Positions 1 through 13,534 of a DNA stretch of 64,000 nucleotides are shown piece by piece (the stretch's first letter is position 1; each line of letters begins with the position of its first letter). Source of the DNA: Octopus vulgaris (lineage: Eukaryota); NCBI GenBank assembly GCA_951406725.2, contig OX597838.1:44702001-44766000 (forward strand), given 5' to 3'. The notes under the pieces were generated by a model, which had not been told where the DNA came from, made no database searches, and saw nothing but the letters and a program-made list of their open reading frames with translations. The position numbers and the translations under genes were made by a program.

Positions 1-87
1 CGATGCAATCGAATAACCGCCTCCACTTTAAACAGCTGTCCCTTGTACGTGAATTAGAAACCATTATTAATTGTATATTATATTAAT

Positions 88-650
88 CAGGCGGCGGGGA
101 GCTGGCAGAATCGATAGCACGCCGGACAAAATGCTTAGCAGCATTTCGTCCGTCTTTATATTCTGAGTTCCCTATATGATTTAGCGCTATATATGAAACA
201 TCTATCTTACGATACAATCAAAATTATCTTTATGTTTTCGTTTGTAATATTCATAAGATATAAGGCGGCGAGCTGGCAGAAACGTTAGCACACCAGGCAA
301 TATTGTTAGCGGTATTTCGTCTGTCTTTACGTTCTGAGTTCAAATTCCGCCGAGGTCGACTTTGCCTTTCATCCTTTCAGGTTTGATAAATTAAGTACGG
401 TTTGTGTACTGGGGTCGATCTAATCGACTGGCCCCCTGCCCCCAAATTTCGGGCCTTCTACCTAGTGTAGAAAAGAATATAAATAAGCTATTTAAGGTAA
501 TGAACTGATGTTATCGTTAGCACGGCCGGACAAAATGCTTAGTTTCATTTTCAACATCTTCATGTTCTGAGTCTTAGACGAATTTAACTTTCGGAGTCGG
601 TAAAGTAAGTACGAGTTGAGCATCGATGTGGATGTAGTCGACTTGTGCAC
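88..650 (+). mobile_element. Cluster of three tRNA-derived SINE copies (family A; best copy 264-476)
   Basis: Head GGCGGCGAGCTGGCAGAAACGTTAGCAC, B-box-like GAGTTCAAATTCC and body GTCGACTTTGCCTTTCATCCTTTC; recurs many times in the window. Confidence 0.85.
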
Positions 651-685
651 TTATTTTGTAGATATTTCATGAATGCGATGATATA

Positions 686-1129
686 CAGGGGTTGGACAAA
701 ATAATGGAAACACCAAGCCTTATAGCATCATAATTTTGAAATATCTATGAAACCGTCAAATGCTTGTTATATTTATTATTATTTTTTTGGGGGGTTTGTT
801 GTTAGTTTTGCTTGAAATGTTTTGCTAAAATTGCTGTTTCTTTTCAGATATCATTAGGAAAAGGTCATTAAAATTCAATGAAATGCCAGATCTATCAGAC
901 TTTCAAAGTGGTCAAATTTATGGTGCATTTATGGTGCATTTTAGAAAAAAATTAAGGCGTCGATAACCTCCACCATCATCACTACAAGAACTGGAGATTG
1001 TTTTAGCTGAAGAATAGACAAAAATTACTTTGGAAACAAGAATTCAAGCTGTAATTACTGCCAAGGAAGTTCCTACCACATATAAAAATAAATGTGTTTG
1101 AAATCTTAAGGTGTTTTGTCTAACCTCTG
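686..1129 (+). mobile_element. Internally deleted Tc1-like DNA transposon
   Basis: TIRs CAGGGGTTGGACAAAA / TTTTGTCTAACCTCTG with TA flanks; N-terminal MPDLSDFQSGQIYGA fused to C-terminal PPPSSLQELEIVLAEE...RIQAVITAK. Confidence 0.85.
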
Positions 1130-1179
1130 TATATCTATGGTGAAAATTGAACTCAGAATGGAGACGAAAGGAAAGTTTT

Positions 1180-1745
1180 GGTTTCAATTTTTAGTACGCG
1201 TCCAGTGATTTCGGGGAAACAGTTAAGTTGATTACATCGACCCCAGTATCCAACAGGTACTTATTTTATCGAGGTAGAATCGAACTTTGCGGAATTTAAA
1301 CTCAGAACGTAAAGACGGGCGAAATGCAGCCAAGCATTTTGTCCGGCATTCTAACGATTCTGTCAGCTTACTACCATCAGGAATTTAAATATTGGTTTCA
1401 AATTTTGGCATAAAGCAGCAATTTCAGGGAAGCGGGCAAGTCGATTGCATCGACCCCAGTGCTTAACGGGTGCTTATTTTATCGACCCCGAAAAAATGAA
1501 AGGCAAGTTGACCACGGCGGAATTTGAACTCGGAATGTGAAGACGGACGAAATACTGCTAAGCAATTTATCCGGTGTGCTAACAATCTGCAAGCTCTCCG
1601 CCTTCAGGAACGTAAATATTGATTGCTAGCATACAGCACGAAGTCCACGATTCCTGTATTTCACTGATGCTTCTTTATCAATCCAGGGAGAACGAAAGGC
1701 AAAGTTTCCCTATGAGATTTGAACTCAGAATGTAAAATGATATAA
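1180..1745 (-). mobile_element. Three reverse-strand SINE family A copies
   Basis: Repeated GGAATTTGAACTC, ATCGACCCCAG and GAAAGGCAAAG motifs, the reverse complement of family A. Confidence 0.8.
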
Positions 1746-1929
1746 CTGAAAGGCCATGAAACCCGTTTATAATATTGTTGTCGAAATGAATATATATTCC
1801 TTTGAAAACGAATGCTTCCAAACACGCTTATGATGCTTTTATAGCATCAGCGTATTGTTACCTGTCGATTATGGTTATCTAAAGTGATATGTTCGAAAGT
1901 GGACAAAACAAGCGGCAAATGCATATTAT

Positions 1930-2970
1930 TATCTCCGCCTTAGCGAAGGCAGAGGTATTGTTTTCAGTCGTGTTTATTTGTTTGTGGACAAGATATCTCT
2001 AGAATTGCTGGATGGATTCGGATGACACATACAGGTATGTTTGGCCTCGTGACTGGCATGAGTTGATTAGATTTCGTGATCTATCCGGTACCGTAAAAAC
2101 ATTCTGGATTATTTGTTATATTTACTTTATATGAACTATTACAATCTTACGTTCACTTTCAAGTCTTTCTCTGATTATATTCCTTGAAAGCACGCTTATA
2201 GTTTCCACGTAAGTTATGGCGGTGTTGTTGTTACCAAAGTTTTATTTTCGTTTCTCTATTATTAATTTTACTGGCGTCACTATCTTAGTAGAAACTGATG
2301 GATAAACAAATCAAACTACACAAAGAAACGGCAGCAAAACCGTAAAGAAATTGAAAAACACTAACATATTCAGTAACAATAATAAATTTAATTTATCCTC
2401 GACAATTTTTAGTTTTACCAATTTTGAATATATCGCTCCTGTTTAAAGCCTCCTTCCTACTTGACAATTGCATTTCTAGCTGTGCCTTGAAGGAAGCTTT
2501 ACTTCTTGGACTCACATTCTTGTGCGCAACGATGTTGTTCAACCTCCGTAAACAGCAACGTATGCAAGTTCTTTCCATTTCTTTCACACACGGATAAATG
2601 TTTCACTATAGACCTTAGTGGTCGTAAAGACACTATATCAGTGGATAAGACTAAAAAAGGCCTTCGTAGAGAAAACTATTCCTGTTCTCCATGCAGAGGA
2701 CACACACATCGCATTACAAACGCGGCCCGCACACCCATGTTCACATTCCACGACTACCATTGAGATCGATCATGTACCGAACAAGGACTCTGGATTATTT
2801 TTCCGTTTTTTGTTTCTTAGTTTTTGAGAGCGATCGGGTTCGTTTTTAGTATTCTCTTTTGTGAGAGCAGTTGAGCAGATGTTCTCATTTTAAAAATCAT
2901 CTCTGGCTAATCATTGAGTTTATGTTGGTGTTGCTTTGCAGAGGTTTGCGCTCACTCAGTGCTCTTGTCT
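1930..2970 (+). mobile_element. Helentron/HINE-like non-autonomous element enclosing ~650 bp of unrelated sequence (2120-2760)
   Basis: 5' TATCTCCGCCTTAGCGAAGGCAGAGGTATTGTTTTC; 3' GCAGAGGTTTGCGCTCACTCAGTGC hairpin; GATC..GTACCG..CTGGATTATTT present on both sides of the insert. Confidence 0.55.
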
Positions 2971-3081
2971 ATATTTAAAAACTGATTATATTTGGAAGAG
3001 ATTCTTCGTTGATATAATTTATAACTTTACACTCGCGTTGCATTTCATATTGTTGTAAATGTTTAGCATCAAGCTCTCTCT

Positions 3082-3126
<45 letters not shown>

Positions 3127-3279
3127 AACAAGTTAAATTACGATAAAGAGCAATATATCCGTGAAAATAATATCCTAGAATTTGGGTTAGAAAGGATAGA
3201 CCAAATATTTACATGCTATTATATATAGTATATATGTACTAAGAGATTCAATTCCAAAGAAAACAATATTTGTGTGTGT

Positions 3280-3317
<38 letters not shown>

Positions 3318-3549
3318 TGAACTTCTGCATAGCTTCCGTTTACCTAATACACTTGAAAGGCATTAATCAACCCTAGCTATTATAAAATACACATGACCAA
3401 GGTGCGTTTTTATAAAGATATATATATACATACATACATATATATATGTACAATCACAAATATATTTAAATATAAACAAGACAAGTGATAAATAATAGTA
3501 ATTACATGTTCTTTCTTTATTGCAGTAAATTTGATGTAAAACGTAAAAA

Positions 3550-3878
3550 GAATCGTCGTCTTTGGCCATGAATGACTGTCATTGCACCTAGAAAGTTACC
3601 CACCGAGGTACAAATGCGGGCAAGGTTGCCTATGGAAGACCAGCAGTCGCCCATGCATGCCAATCTCCTATCTCCACGCCACCGGTGTTATGCAAGGTAA
3701 AGGCCGATACAGCTGGGACCAGTGACGTCGCAACACATTTTCACAGCTAAGTGAAATTAAGCAACATGAAATAAAGTCTCTTGCTCAAGAACACAACGCA
3801 CAGCTCGGTCCCCGAAACGAACTAACTATCTCATGATTGTGAGCTTGACGCTCTAACAACTGAGCCATGCGCCTTCAC
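3550..3878 (-). mobile_element. tRNA-derived SINE (family C)
   Basis: Minus strand GGCGCATGGCTCAGTTGTTAGAGCG...TGTGTTCTTGAGCAAG; similar to 47815-48066. Confidence 0.75.
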
Positions 3879-4246
3879 CAAATTATATATATATATATAC
3901 ATACATACATACATACATACACACACGCATATATATATATACATATATGTATATATATAAATATGTATATATATGTATATATATGTATATATATGTATAT
4001 GTATATGTATATATATACGTATATATGTATGTATATCTATCGCATACATATACGTATATATGTATGTATATCTATCGCATACATATACGTATGTGGGTAT
4101 GCATATATATAAATATACATTTCTGCATAGACTACGTATGTTGTATCGGTAAACAGAGCCGATAAAATAGACAGGTTATAATAATAAAAAAATACACATA
4201 TACATATATATATACATATACATATATATATACACAGATACACACA

Positions 4247-4305
<59 letters not shown>

Positions 4306-4758
4306 GATATATATATATAAATTAAAGAAAAAACACTATTATGTAATTCAAACTATGGTAGACATAAACCAAATCATAAAGAAAAATAGAATATATTATA
4401 AAACATATAACTAGATCACAAAAAGTACAAATAATGATTAAACAATATATAAGTAACAGGTTATAATAAAAATGGTGGGATAGTGGTGGGCTTAATAAAA
4501 GGAGCTCCTTGAATACGGTGCACCAGCGTGGCCACAGTCCAGTACCAGAAACCAGTTGAATGATGAATGAATTACCTATCGATATGACAAGCATCCCTAC
4601 CAAGTCTCCAGGCATGGAAAAGCCCTTCTATCCACCGTTTATCATATGTACACAAAATCTCATAAATATAATCTTAACTACAGAAGAGCTCTCATCGCCT
4701 ACTGAAGTATGGTTAGAGTCTTTACACTGTTTGCACGTTCTCTTCAAAAATCACTTAC

Positions 4759-5109
4759 GCGACTCATCAAAGTTGTGTCTCACGCTTCAATGAAACAATC
4801 TATGCCACATCCAATGGGAATTATCCGTTTACAGAACTGGATAATAGAATTAACAAAACTTGGCGATGCGTGAGGATTTATTTGCAACCAGTGTGCATGG
4901 TGAAGTGTTTGTACATGAATGCTAGAAGATAGAAGTGTGGCAGTGACTTAATTAATATTCAGGCAACGATAGATATACATAATCTCCTAACTTTTGAGAG
5001 AATAATGTTCCAGTCTGCGTGGCATGGACTTAACTTCGATGAAATACTTTTGGTTTTGTCGCCGATATTCACACGGTGAAAGCATTGAACACACCGCTGC
5101 CATTACAAC
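4759..5109 (-). pseudogene. Decayed phase-1/phase-1 exon, possibly an Ig-like domain
   Basis: TTTGCAG| acceptor and |GTAAGT donor, 351 nt; [40 protein letters not shown]... with two frameshifts and several stops. Confidence 0.4.
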
Positions 5110-5116
5110 CTGCAAA

Positions 5117-5199
<83 letters not shown>

Positions 5200-5713
5200 G
5201 TATGTATATATATATATACATATATATATACACATATATACGCATACATACGCACACACATATATACATACATATATGTATATATATGTATGTATATATA
5301 CATATATATTTATATTATATATTATATATATATGTATACATACATACATACATACATACATACATACATACATACATACATACATACATACATACATACA
5401 TACATACACGCATTAAACAAGAAACAGCAAGTCTCGTATAAGACAAGGCTCGACTAATTCTTCAGTGAAGGAAACAAGATTTGTCTTGTGAAAACCCTGT
5501 TCTCGACATCCATTCATCCATTCAGCTTCCATCCAAATACTTTAGATTGTGATTATCCTACCTTTCTAAAGAGTTGTTTGCAAAACATGCATACGTATAT
5601 ACATACATACATACATACATACATACATAAATACACAGAAGAGACGCACCTATAGTATACGTTTATATGTATTTATGCATGTATGTTTGGGTGTGCGTGT
5701 ATGTGGATGGGTG

Positions 5714-5757
<44 letters not shown>

Positions 5758-5873
5758 TGATGCTCTTGACAGAAATCTTCATTCATTATATTTTGTTGTT
5801 CCATTACATGCACACACACACGCACACACACACACATACACACACATATATATACATATATAAATATATATAC

Positions 5874-5924
<51 letters not shown>

Positions 5925-6476
5925 TAAATAACGCACACAGAGTAAATTTTTCTCTCAATTCCATCCTAGCTCTCTTTCCTTTCTTTCTTACTGTCATCCT
6001 CTCTCTCTGCCCCTACTCCCCTCACTCCCCTATTTCTCTTTCCCTTCACCCCCTCTCTCTGTATTTCTTTCTCTCTTCTCTTGCCACCCTCCCTCTCTTT
6101 TTTCAGTCACACATTCATGTATATATGAAAATGTGAAAATTATAAAAGGTAAAATTTTAAAAGAATCAAGTTCCGAAATGTGGAAATTGCTGTGACGAAA
6201 GATACGGCTACGTTTTAAATGAGTTAGGGCGACGAAGATTGATAGCATTCCGTAGTTCAATTGGATTATTTTCAGTGAATGGAGATTAGCTATAGATAAA
6301 TATATATAGGTGACAACCTATATATCTAACAATCGCAGTCAACTCACTGGTTGAGCAATCCAATTATTGTCGTAGGAAATCCGTTATTCAATCCAAATGC
6401 TCAATGCCTGCTTTGTGTGTAAGCCAACTACATATTGGTATCGAGAGGTTATATACTGCAGTTATATCTCTCTATC

Positions 6477-6524
<48 letters not shown>

Positions 6525-6859
6525 CCTTTCTATGGATATATATATATATACATACATATACATATATACATATATACATACGTATATATATATGTATATA
6601 TATATATATATATATGGATATATGCATATATGTGTGCCAGTATGCATGTGTATAAACAAATGTAAATATGCACACACACTCACACATACGCACACACACA
6701 AACACATACACCATAGACATATAGGTTTAGTAATGCTAAGAAGAATGGCAGGAGCGGCGGTGTGGTAAGAAGCTTGCTTTCCAACCACATCGTCCTGGGT
6801 TCAGTCGCACTGTGTGGCACCTTCGGGGATATCTAGCGGAAGCAACAGAGCGACACAAC

Positions 6860-7099
6860 GGAATGGTTTCTCCTTTCCTTCCCTAAGCAGATCGGATTTG
6901 AAATCAGAATGTGGAGAGGCAAAAATATAGCGAAAAGCATTTCTGCCGACGCGCCGCCAACAATTCGGCCATGCGGCCACCAGCAGAGCAATGTGAAATG
7001 AAGTGTTTTGCACAACGTTCCGTCCGGTCTGGGTATCGAACCTAAGATCTAGCGATCTTGAGTGCAACACTCTAACCACTAGGCCTAGTGATTAAACGC

Positions 7100-7194
<95 letters not shown>

Positions 7195-7572
7195 CGATTG
7201 CGCGAGCGCGATATTCAGTTGATTTAAACATTTATTCGAAGAGAAATTACAATATTATAGAACCTATAATTTAAAAATAACATTTGGTTGGAAAGCCTTG
7301 TGACGTTTTTGACATGCTCACTTTGTGACAACTGCTTCAATATGGTGAAATAAGTATGACATTTTACATTGTAATATTCTTCTCTTCTTCGCTGATTACT
7401 TTATATCATTGTGTATCGATGTTTGCCCTTTTAAAACTAGTTTAGATGAGAAGCATACCAGATACCGCATGCTGAGCGAATCCAAAAGCAGCTCCCCGGC
7501 TATGAAAGCCGTAAGAAATGTTCGTTCCGTCTTATTTTATGGAGTTTCGTAATTTAAATTCTAACTCACCAA
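6860..7572 (-). repeat. Left arm of an inverted duplication (partner 9858-10481), including a family C SINE
   Basis: 7200-7572 is a near-identical reverse complement of 9858-10230; the SINE part is more diverged. Confidence 0.9.
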
Positions 7573-8500
7573 ATGTTGGTACTTTAGATCCAGCAACTAT
7601 TGGTCTCAGTTTGAGGTTAGTAGGTCTTAGTAATTTTATGTCTTGGTTTTTCTGTTTTTTTTAATGCTCTCTTTATTTCGCGGTTTTTGTGGATTTGGGG
7701 TAATCTGTTGAAATTGCTCTCTTTGATAACAGAGTTGCATAAATAATATTTTTCTTTGTCTGTGAAGGAATCTTGGTATTCATTAACTAGTGCTTTTATT
7801 TTATTCATTATTGCTTTCTCCAGGTGCCTTGGTTCTACCTTGTAATAGGTTTGGTCTGTTAGAATTTCCAATATTTTATCTATAAGGTAGTCTTTGTCCA
7901 TGATTACTATCGCCTTTCCCTTATCGGCTTATTTTAGGATGATTGAATTGTCCTTCTTCAGTGTCAGTAAGGCTTCAAAACCTTCACGAAGGTTTTTTTT
8001 TTATTTTTGCCTTTACAGTTACTAAGGGGAAATTTCGAAATTGTGTCAGTATATGCGTCTAAATGTTTGTCATTCACCTTGTAGGAGGTGAAGTGGGATT
8101 TATTTCTGACAATTGATTCGCCATTTATATCCTTATTGCCGAAGAATTCTATAAACCGGTGGTGATGGTTAAAATGCTCAAAATCAGCTTTTAGTTCAAT
8201 GAGATTAGGGATGGGTGTCGGGGTAAATTTGAAACCATGCAATAGGAGATTCATCTCATTCTTGTTGAGGTTTCTAATTGACAAATTTATGATCTTCGGG
8301 TCTATATGTTCTGTGTGTTCATTAAAATTTTCTGTTGCGTCGGGCGCAATTATGATATTTTTTTTCCCTAAAAAAGGAATTGTATTATTGTGCTTCCATT
8401 TTTTGTGGTTTCCGGAGTTCTGGTTCCCTCGAAGGTGAGGGGATGTTTCATGTTCTTTGCATGTATCTCGTTGTCTATAGGTTCTGTTTTCATCCCCTCT
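7573..8500 (-). mobile_element. Penelope-like element, 5' half (N-terminal domain and start of RT), degenerate
   Basis: KIINLSIRNLNKNEMNLLLHGFKFTPTP, ADKGKAIVIMDK, LPQIHK, LRPIVAG. Confidence 0.88.
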
Positions 8501-8580
8501 TCTATTTTTACTCTTTATTGTATATACATATCTACATGCATAAATGCATACATACATATTTACTTATATATATATATATG

Positions 8581-8633
<53 letters not shown>

Positions 8634-9039
8634 ACACACATACACACATACATACACATACACACACATACACACACATACACACACATATATAACGTGC
8701 GTTTTATTGTTGAACAAATCAGTTACACATGTAAGAACTGTTTTCTTCCGGTAAATTGAAAAATGAAATTTAACATTTAGGATTTTTCACACAAATAGTA
8801 TAGGATGCATATTGACACTCTCATCTTGGTGCCGGTCGAGGGAGTGTAAAGATAAATGCTTATTCGATATTTAGTATAAATGGCAATAACCCTTCCAACG
8901 GATAAAGAGGAACGAAAGAAAAATAATCTCACATCCAAGCCATAGGAGCAAATAAAATGTACAAAACATATAACATAGGCTAATTGATTTCTTCATAGAT
9001 AAAAAAACAACCACGTTGGATACAGCTGTAACACACTTC

Positions 9040-9319
9040 AACCCATTTTTGTTATTATTTATATTACACTTCACTCGGAACCTTCTTTGCATTGGATCTT
9101 GAGCCCACAGTGGACCGTGGACGGCATGCTGGAGTATACTCTCGTGGGATTTTACGTATACGTTGTGTTTGATCGATACTTGTAGATGTATTCGTAACTG
9201 GAATCTGTATGTGCTTTGGTAAGGACGTGGATGTCGTTGCACGCTCCTAAAAAACAGGTATGCTGTCCAGGACACTACCTTGGTACCTTTCTTATCAAAA
9301 TACCGCGATTCTATTCTGC
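9040..9319 (-). pseudogene. Possible decayed exon (Ig C2-like end)
   Basis: TTATTTTTAG| acceptor; GRIESRYFDKKGTKVVSWTAYLF, then after a frameshift in a T run LGACNDIHV...SSMPSTVHCGLKIQC; donor not clear. Confidence 0.3.
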
Positions 9320-9414
9320 CTAAAAATAATTACGAACAAACACACATACACACACCTATATGTATCTATATTACAGACAATAAATTTTGAAGGAATAAGA
9401 TGAAAACATTTTGA

Positions 9415-9480
9415 CGGCAAACGGCTACGGGACTCGAACTCACATTACTCTGATACCGGCCGAGTACTCTACCATTAAAG
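9415..9480 (-). mobile_element. tRNA-like SINE head
   Basis: Minus strand TAATGGTAGAG (A box) and GAGTTCGAGTCCCGTAGCCG (B box); related to 35870-36265. Confidence 0.55.
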
Positions 9481-9536
9481 GTGTACTCTGATATTCAACA
9501 CACAATTAATGTGTCCCCTCATGTTTTTTTACGCAG

Positions 9537-9860
9537 TAGAAAAGATTTTAATATCTGACTATTATGGCTTTCTAGGAAATCCAACGACCACATACAATGT
9601 CTGGAAGGGCTGTGCTGTTGATTGATTCGGAGGAGAGAATAGGATTTTGAATTTAATTACTATTGAAATTATTCCTTTATGTCAGTTGAAAAGAATAACA
9701 CAAACACAGCCAGGATTAAATGGTTCTATTAACTTTTCTTGTCTTCCCATTTGGAATATCCTTCAAGATTTATTACAGCATATAGAAAAATGCGAGAAAA
9801 ATTATTTTTCTTGTTTCTGAAAATGTAAGGATGTGAAACAAATTGATAACCTTCTACTTG
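9537..9860 (+). pseudogene. 324-nt symmetric phase-1 exon with two in-frame TGA codons, Ig-domain sized
   Basis: TTTTTTTACGCAG| acceptor and G|GTGAGT donor; single frame EKILISDYYGFLGNPTTTYNVWKGCAVD*FGG...NFSCLPIWNIL...YFSCF*KCKDVKQIDNLLL. Confidence 0.55.
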
Positions 9861-10481
9861 GTGAGTTAGTATTTAAATTACGAAACTCCATAAAATAAGA
9901 CGGAACGAACATTTCTTACGGCTTTCATGGCTGGGGAGCTGCTTTTGGATTCGCTCAGCATGCGGTATCTGGTATGCTTCTCATCTAAACTAGTTTTAAA
10001 AGGGCAAACATCGATACACAATGATATAAAGTAATCAGCGAAGAAGAGAAGAATATTACAATGTAAAATGTCATACTTATTTCACCATATTGAAGCAGTT
10101 GTCACAAAGTGAGCATGTCAAAAACGTCACAAGGCTTTCCAACCAAATGTTATTTTTAAATTATAGGTTCTATAATACTGTGATTTCTTTTCGAATAAAT
10201 GTTTAAATCAACTGAATATCGCGCGTGCGCACACACACACACAAAGTCGCTTGGCCTAGTGGTTAGAGTGTTGCACTCAAGATCACTAGATCATAGGTTC
10301 GATACCCAGACCGGGCGGAACGTTGTGCAAAACACTTCATTTCACATTGCTCTGCTAGTGGCAGAACGGCCGAATTGTTGGCGGCACGTCGGTAGAAATG
10401 CGCTTCGCTTTACTTTTTGCCTCTCCACATTCTGATTCCCACTCCTCCGACCTGCCTAGAGAGAAAACGAGAAAGCATTCC
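9858..10481 (+). repeat. Right arm of the inverted duplication (partner 6860-7572)
   Basis: Reverse-complement match from TTGGTGAGTTAG to AGAAAGCATTCC. Confidence 0.9.
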
Positions 10482-10489
10482 AGTATTTT

Positions 10490-12235
10490 TGTCAGGTCTA
10501 GAATTCCTCCAGCACATTCCGCCTACTGTTCCAGAAGGTACTATGCTTATAAGCTTTGTTGTCACCAGTCTTTATACGAATACACCTCACACTTTGGGTC
10601 TGGAAATAGTCAAACACTGAGTAGAGAAACATACAGGACTTATAAATGAACCCTTCAAAACTGATTTCATCACCAAAGCCACACGCCTGGTACTGGAAGA
10701 AAACACCTTCAGATTCGATAATAAAACATAAGGACGAACAAAGGGCGCGCTTATGGGGACACGGTTTTCACTCTCATATTCTAACCTAGTCATATGTGAC
10801 TTGGAAGAAAAGCTTTATGAGGAAGTAAAGAGAACCTTTAATCAGTATTACAAAAAATACATTATTAAAAAGTGGAAACGCTTCCTCGATAGCTACTTCA
10901 TCTTTTGGTACAAATCGAATGAGGCCCTACAAACATTTAATAATATACTCACCACACTTCATCCACCCATCAAATTCATGACAGAATCCAGTTGCAATGA
11001 ATTGCCATTCCTGGATATCCACATAAAAATACAAAACGCCACAATCACAACAGAGATATTTTACGAAAAAAAAAAAAGAGAAACGAACACACACCAATAC
11101 TTGAATTTCTACTCTTGCCATCCCTCACACATCTAAAGGGACATCCCATACAGCATGGCAAGAGGCATCTGCAATATAGTGATTGACCCCCAAATTCGTC
11201 AAATCCGACTCAACGAGCTCAAAGAATTCCTAACAAAACATAAATACCCCTTAGGATTAATAAACGAGGAAATTAAAAAGGCAATGAAGCTGAACATTGA
11301 ACAACTAAGAACACAAAAGGAAAAAATTAATGAACACACAATGAAAAAATCTGATTGACAAAAGCCCCATACGAAACAATGGGCGTCAGCCAGAAAGTCT
11401 CAGAAAACACCTCACAAGAGCAAAATTCACACCAGAGAATGAAACAGAATTCTCCGTAAAAGAATATGGAGATAGCAAATGTGAAACATGCAACAACAAC
11501 ACTAACTTTAAATACTTAGAAAGTAGTTCCCACATAAAATTCAAGAGCGGATTCTCGTTGAAAGTAAATACAGATATGAACTGCAAGATGCAGAATCACA
11601 TATACTGTATTACTTGCCTCAACCACAAAGAAAATTACATCGGCGAAACAAACAATTCTCTCTGCCAGCGTGCAAGAATCCATCGACAACACATCCGACA
11701 AGAGGAATTGCGCAAGATTCCACTGAGCAAGCATCTAGAAATATGCGGTTAAGAGGAATTCAAAATCTTTCCCTTTTACAAATGTTCAAGTGATGATCCA
11801 CAATTCCGAGAAGCAATAGAGCTATCTCTCTCTATATAAACGGCAGTTTGTCTGTGTGCGTGTCTGTGTGTCTGTTAGGTTGTACCCTCACCCTGACCAC
11901 CACGGCTTTCAGCCGATTCTGATGAAACTTGACACACACATAGCCCAATGTCATAATTCAAAACTAACGCAGCGAAAATTTTGAAAAGTTCCCCCAGTTC
12001 TGGAAAAAAATCGATAAATTCGACATGGGGTCGAGAATCAGAAACACAAACCACAGACTGTCTAGGGGACGCAACTCGACCTTTTTAACTCTCAAAAAAA
12101 TTTACCATAATTTTTTTGCTATTTTTTGGCTATAACTCTCTAAAAATGCTTTATAGTTATTTCCCTTACAAACCCGAGCAACGCCGGGCAATACTGCTAG
12201 TACTTCATAAAAAAATTCACTTCAAAATTAAATGA
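10490..12235 (+). mobile_element. Penelope-like element, 3' half (RT core and GIY-YIG), degenerate, interrupted by a Helitron
   Basis: VTSLYTNTPH, GALMGTRFS, WKRFLDS, LPFLDI, YLNFYSCHP, HIYCITC...YIGET...RARIH; EAIEL|YFIKKF resumes after the Helitron. Confidence 0.92.
11825..12200 (+). mobile_element. Non-autonomous Helitron
   Basis: 5' TC, 3' hairpin CCCGAGCAACGCCGGG plus CTAG; inserted between A and T with no TSD; removing it restores the PLE frame. Confidence 0.9.
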
Positions 12236-12313
12236 AATGTTTGAAAGAGAAGCAAAGGAACTACATTTTTATCATTAATCTTTAATATTAATAATGATCA
12301 ACGAAGAGATAGG

Positions 12314-12410
<97 letters not shown>

Positions 12411-13009
12411 CTACCGGTGCTAGGGTTATCCTATAACTTAGTGGTTTGGAAAGAGGACCAACAGGGACAAACAGAAGAAGAATAAGGATTAATAGAAGTA
12501 ATTTCTGATTCGTTTTACCGAATAAAAGCATTTAAATTTGGTACCTCAACTTGGCTGTTAGTTTTTAGGATCTCAGATATCTTAATACTCATAATTTTAC
12601 TGATGCAAAATACTCAACATTTTGCTGACATGGAAAAGCCAGTTACTCTGATAGATAGAAAAGCATTAGACACTTCCGTATGCACCAGCATTGTCATGTC
12701 GCTTCTACAATACGACAGCTAACTTCGGATATATTTACAACTTAGTTCAGTTGCCTTCAGAACGTCAACAAACACGCCATTTTAATCGATTAGAACAATG
12801 GCCTCTTTTTACGATTATCTATGTTTAATTGTTTAAACTGGACAACAAACATTAAGACAAGGAAAACTTCTCAAGTCGTATACAATATTATCATTGGGGA
12901 AAAAAAATTCAAAGTCTTACAGTTGTTTCTGGGATATCCCTGAATATGTAATATTCCGTTATCAGCGAAACTAATTGATTAGATCACCTGTGAACTAATC
13001 CCCCATAAC

Positions 13010-13103
<94 letters not shown>

Positions 13104-13193
13104 ATAGATATATGACGCCTGCTTGGTTCAGCTGCTATACATTGATATGGGGCAAATACCCTGAAATTAGTCTCTCTCTCTTTCTCTTTCCCC

Positions 13194-13246
<53 letters not shown>

Positions 13247-13254
13247 CATAAATG

Positions 13255-13296
<42 letters not shown>

Positions 13297-13298
13297 AG

Positions 13299-13331
<33 letters not shown>

Positions 13332-13497
13332 TTGTAAACATGTATACAGATGTAAGCATATATTTGTACTGTACACACACATATACAGACAGACACACAC
13401 AGATATAAATACATTCATGTAAATATGTATATATGCGTGTGTGTCTAAACCTGTTAAACCTGTATGTGCACCTGCATATATATATATATATATATAT

Positions 13498-13534
<37 letters not shown>

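Noticed and set aside
9861-10495. GT...AG segment as a spliceosomal intron retained within the PLE RT
   Set aside because: Splicing would leave an RT segment missing, the segment contains a SINE, and the donor fits the host exon better
12914-12970. Hammerhead related to 43335 on the minus strand
   Set aside because: Core is CTGATAA and stem I does not pair, so it is counted only as a decayed relic
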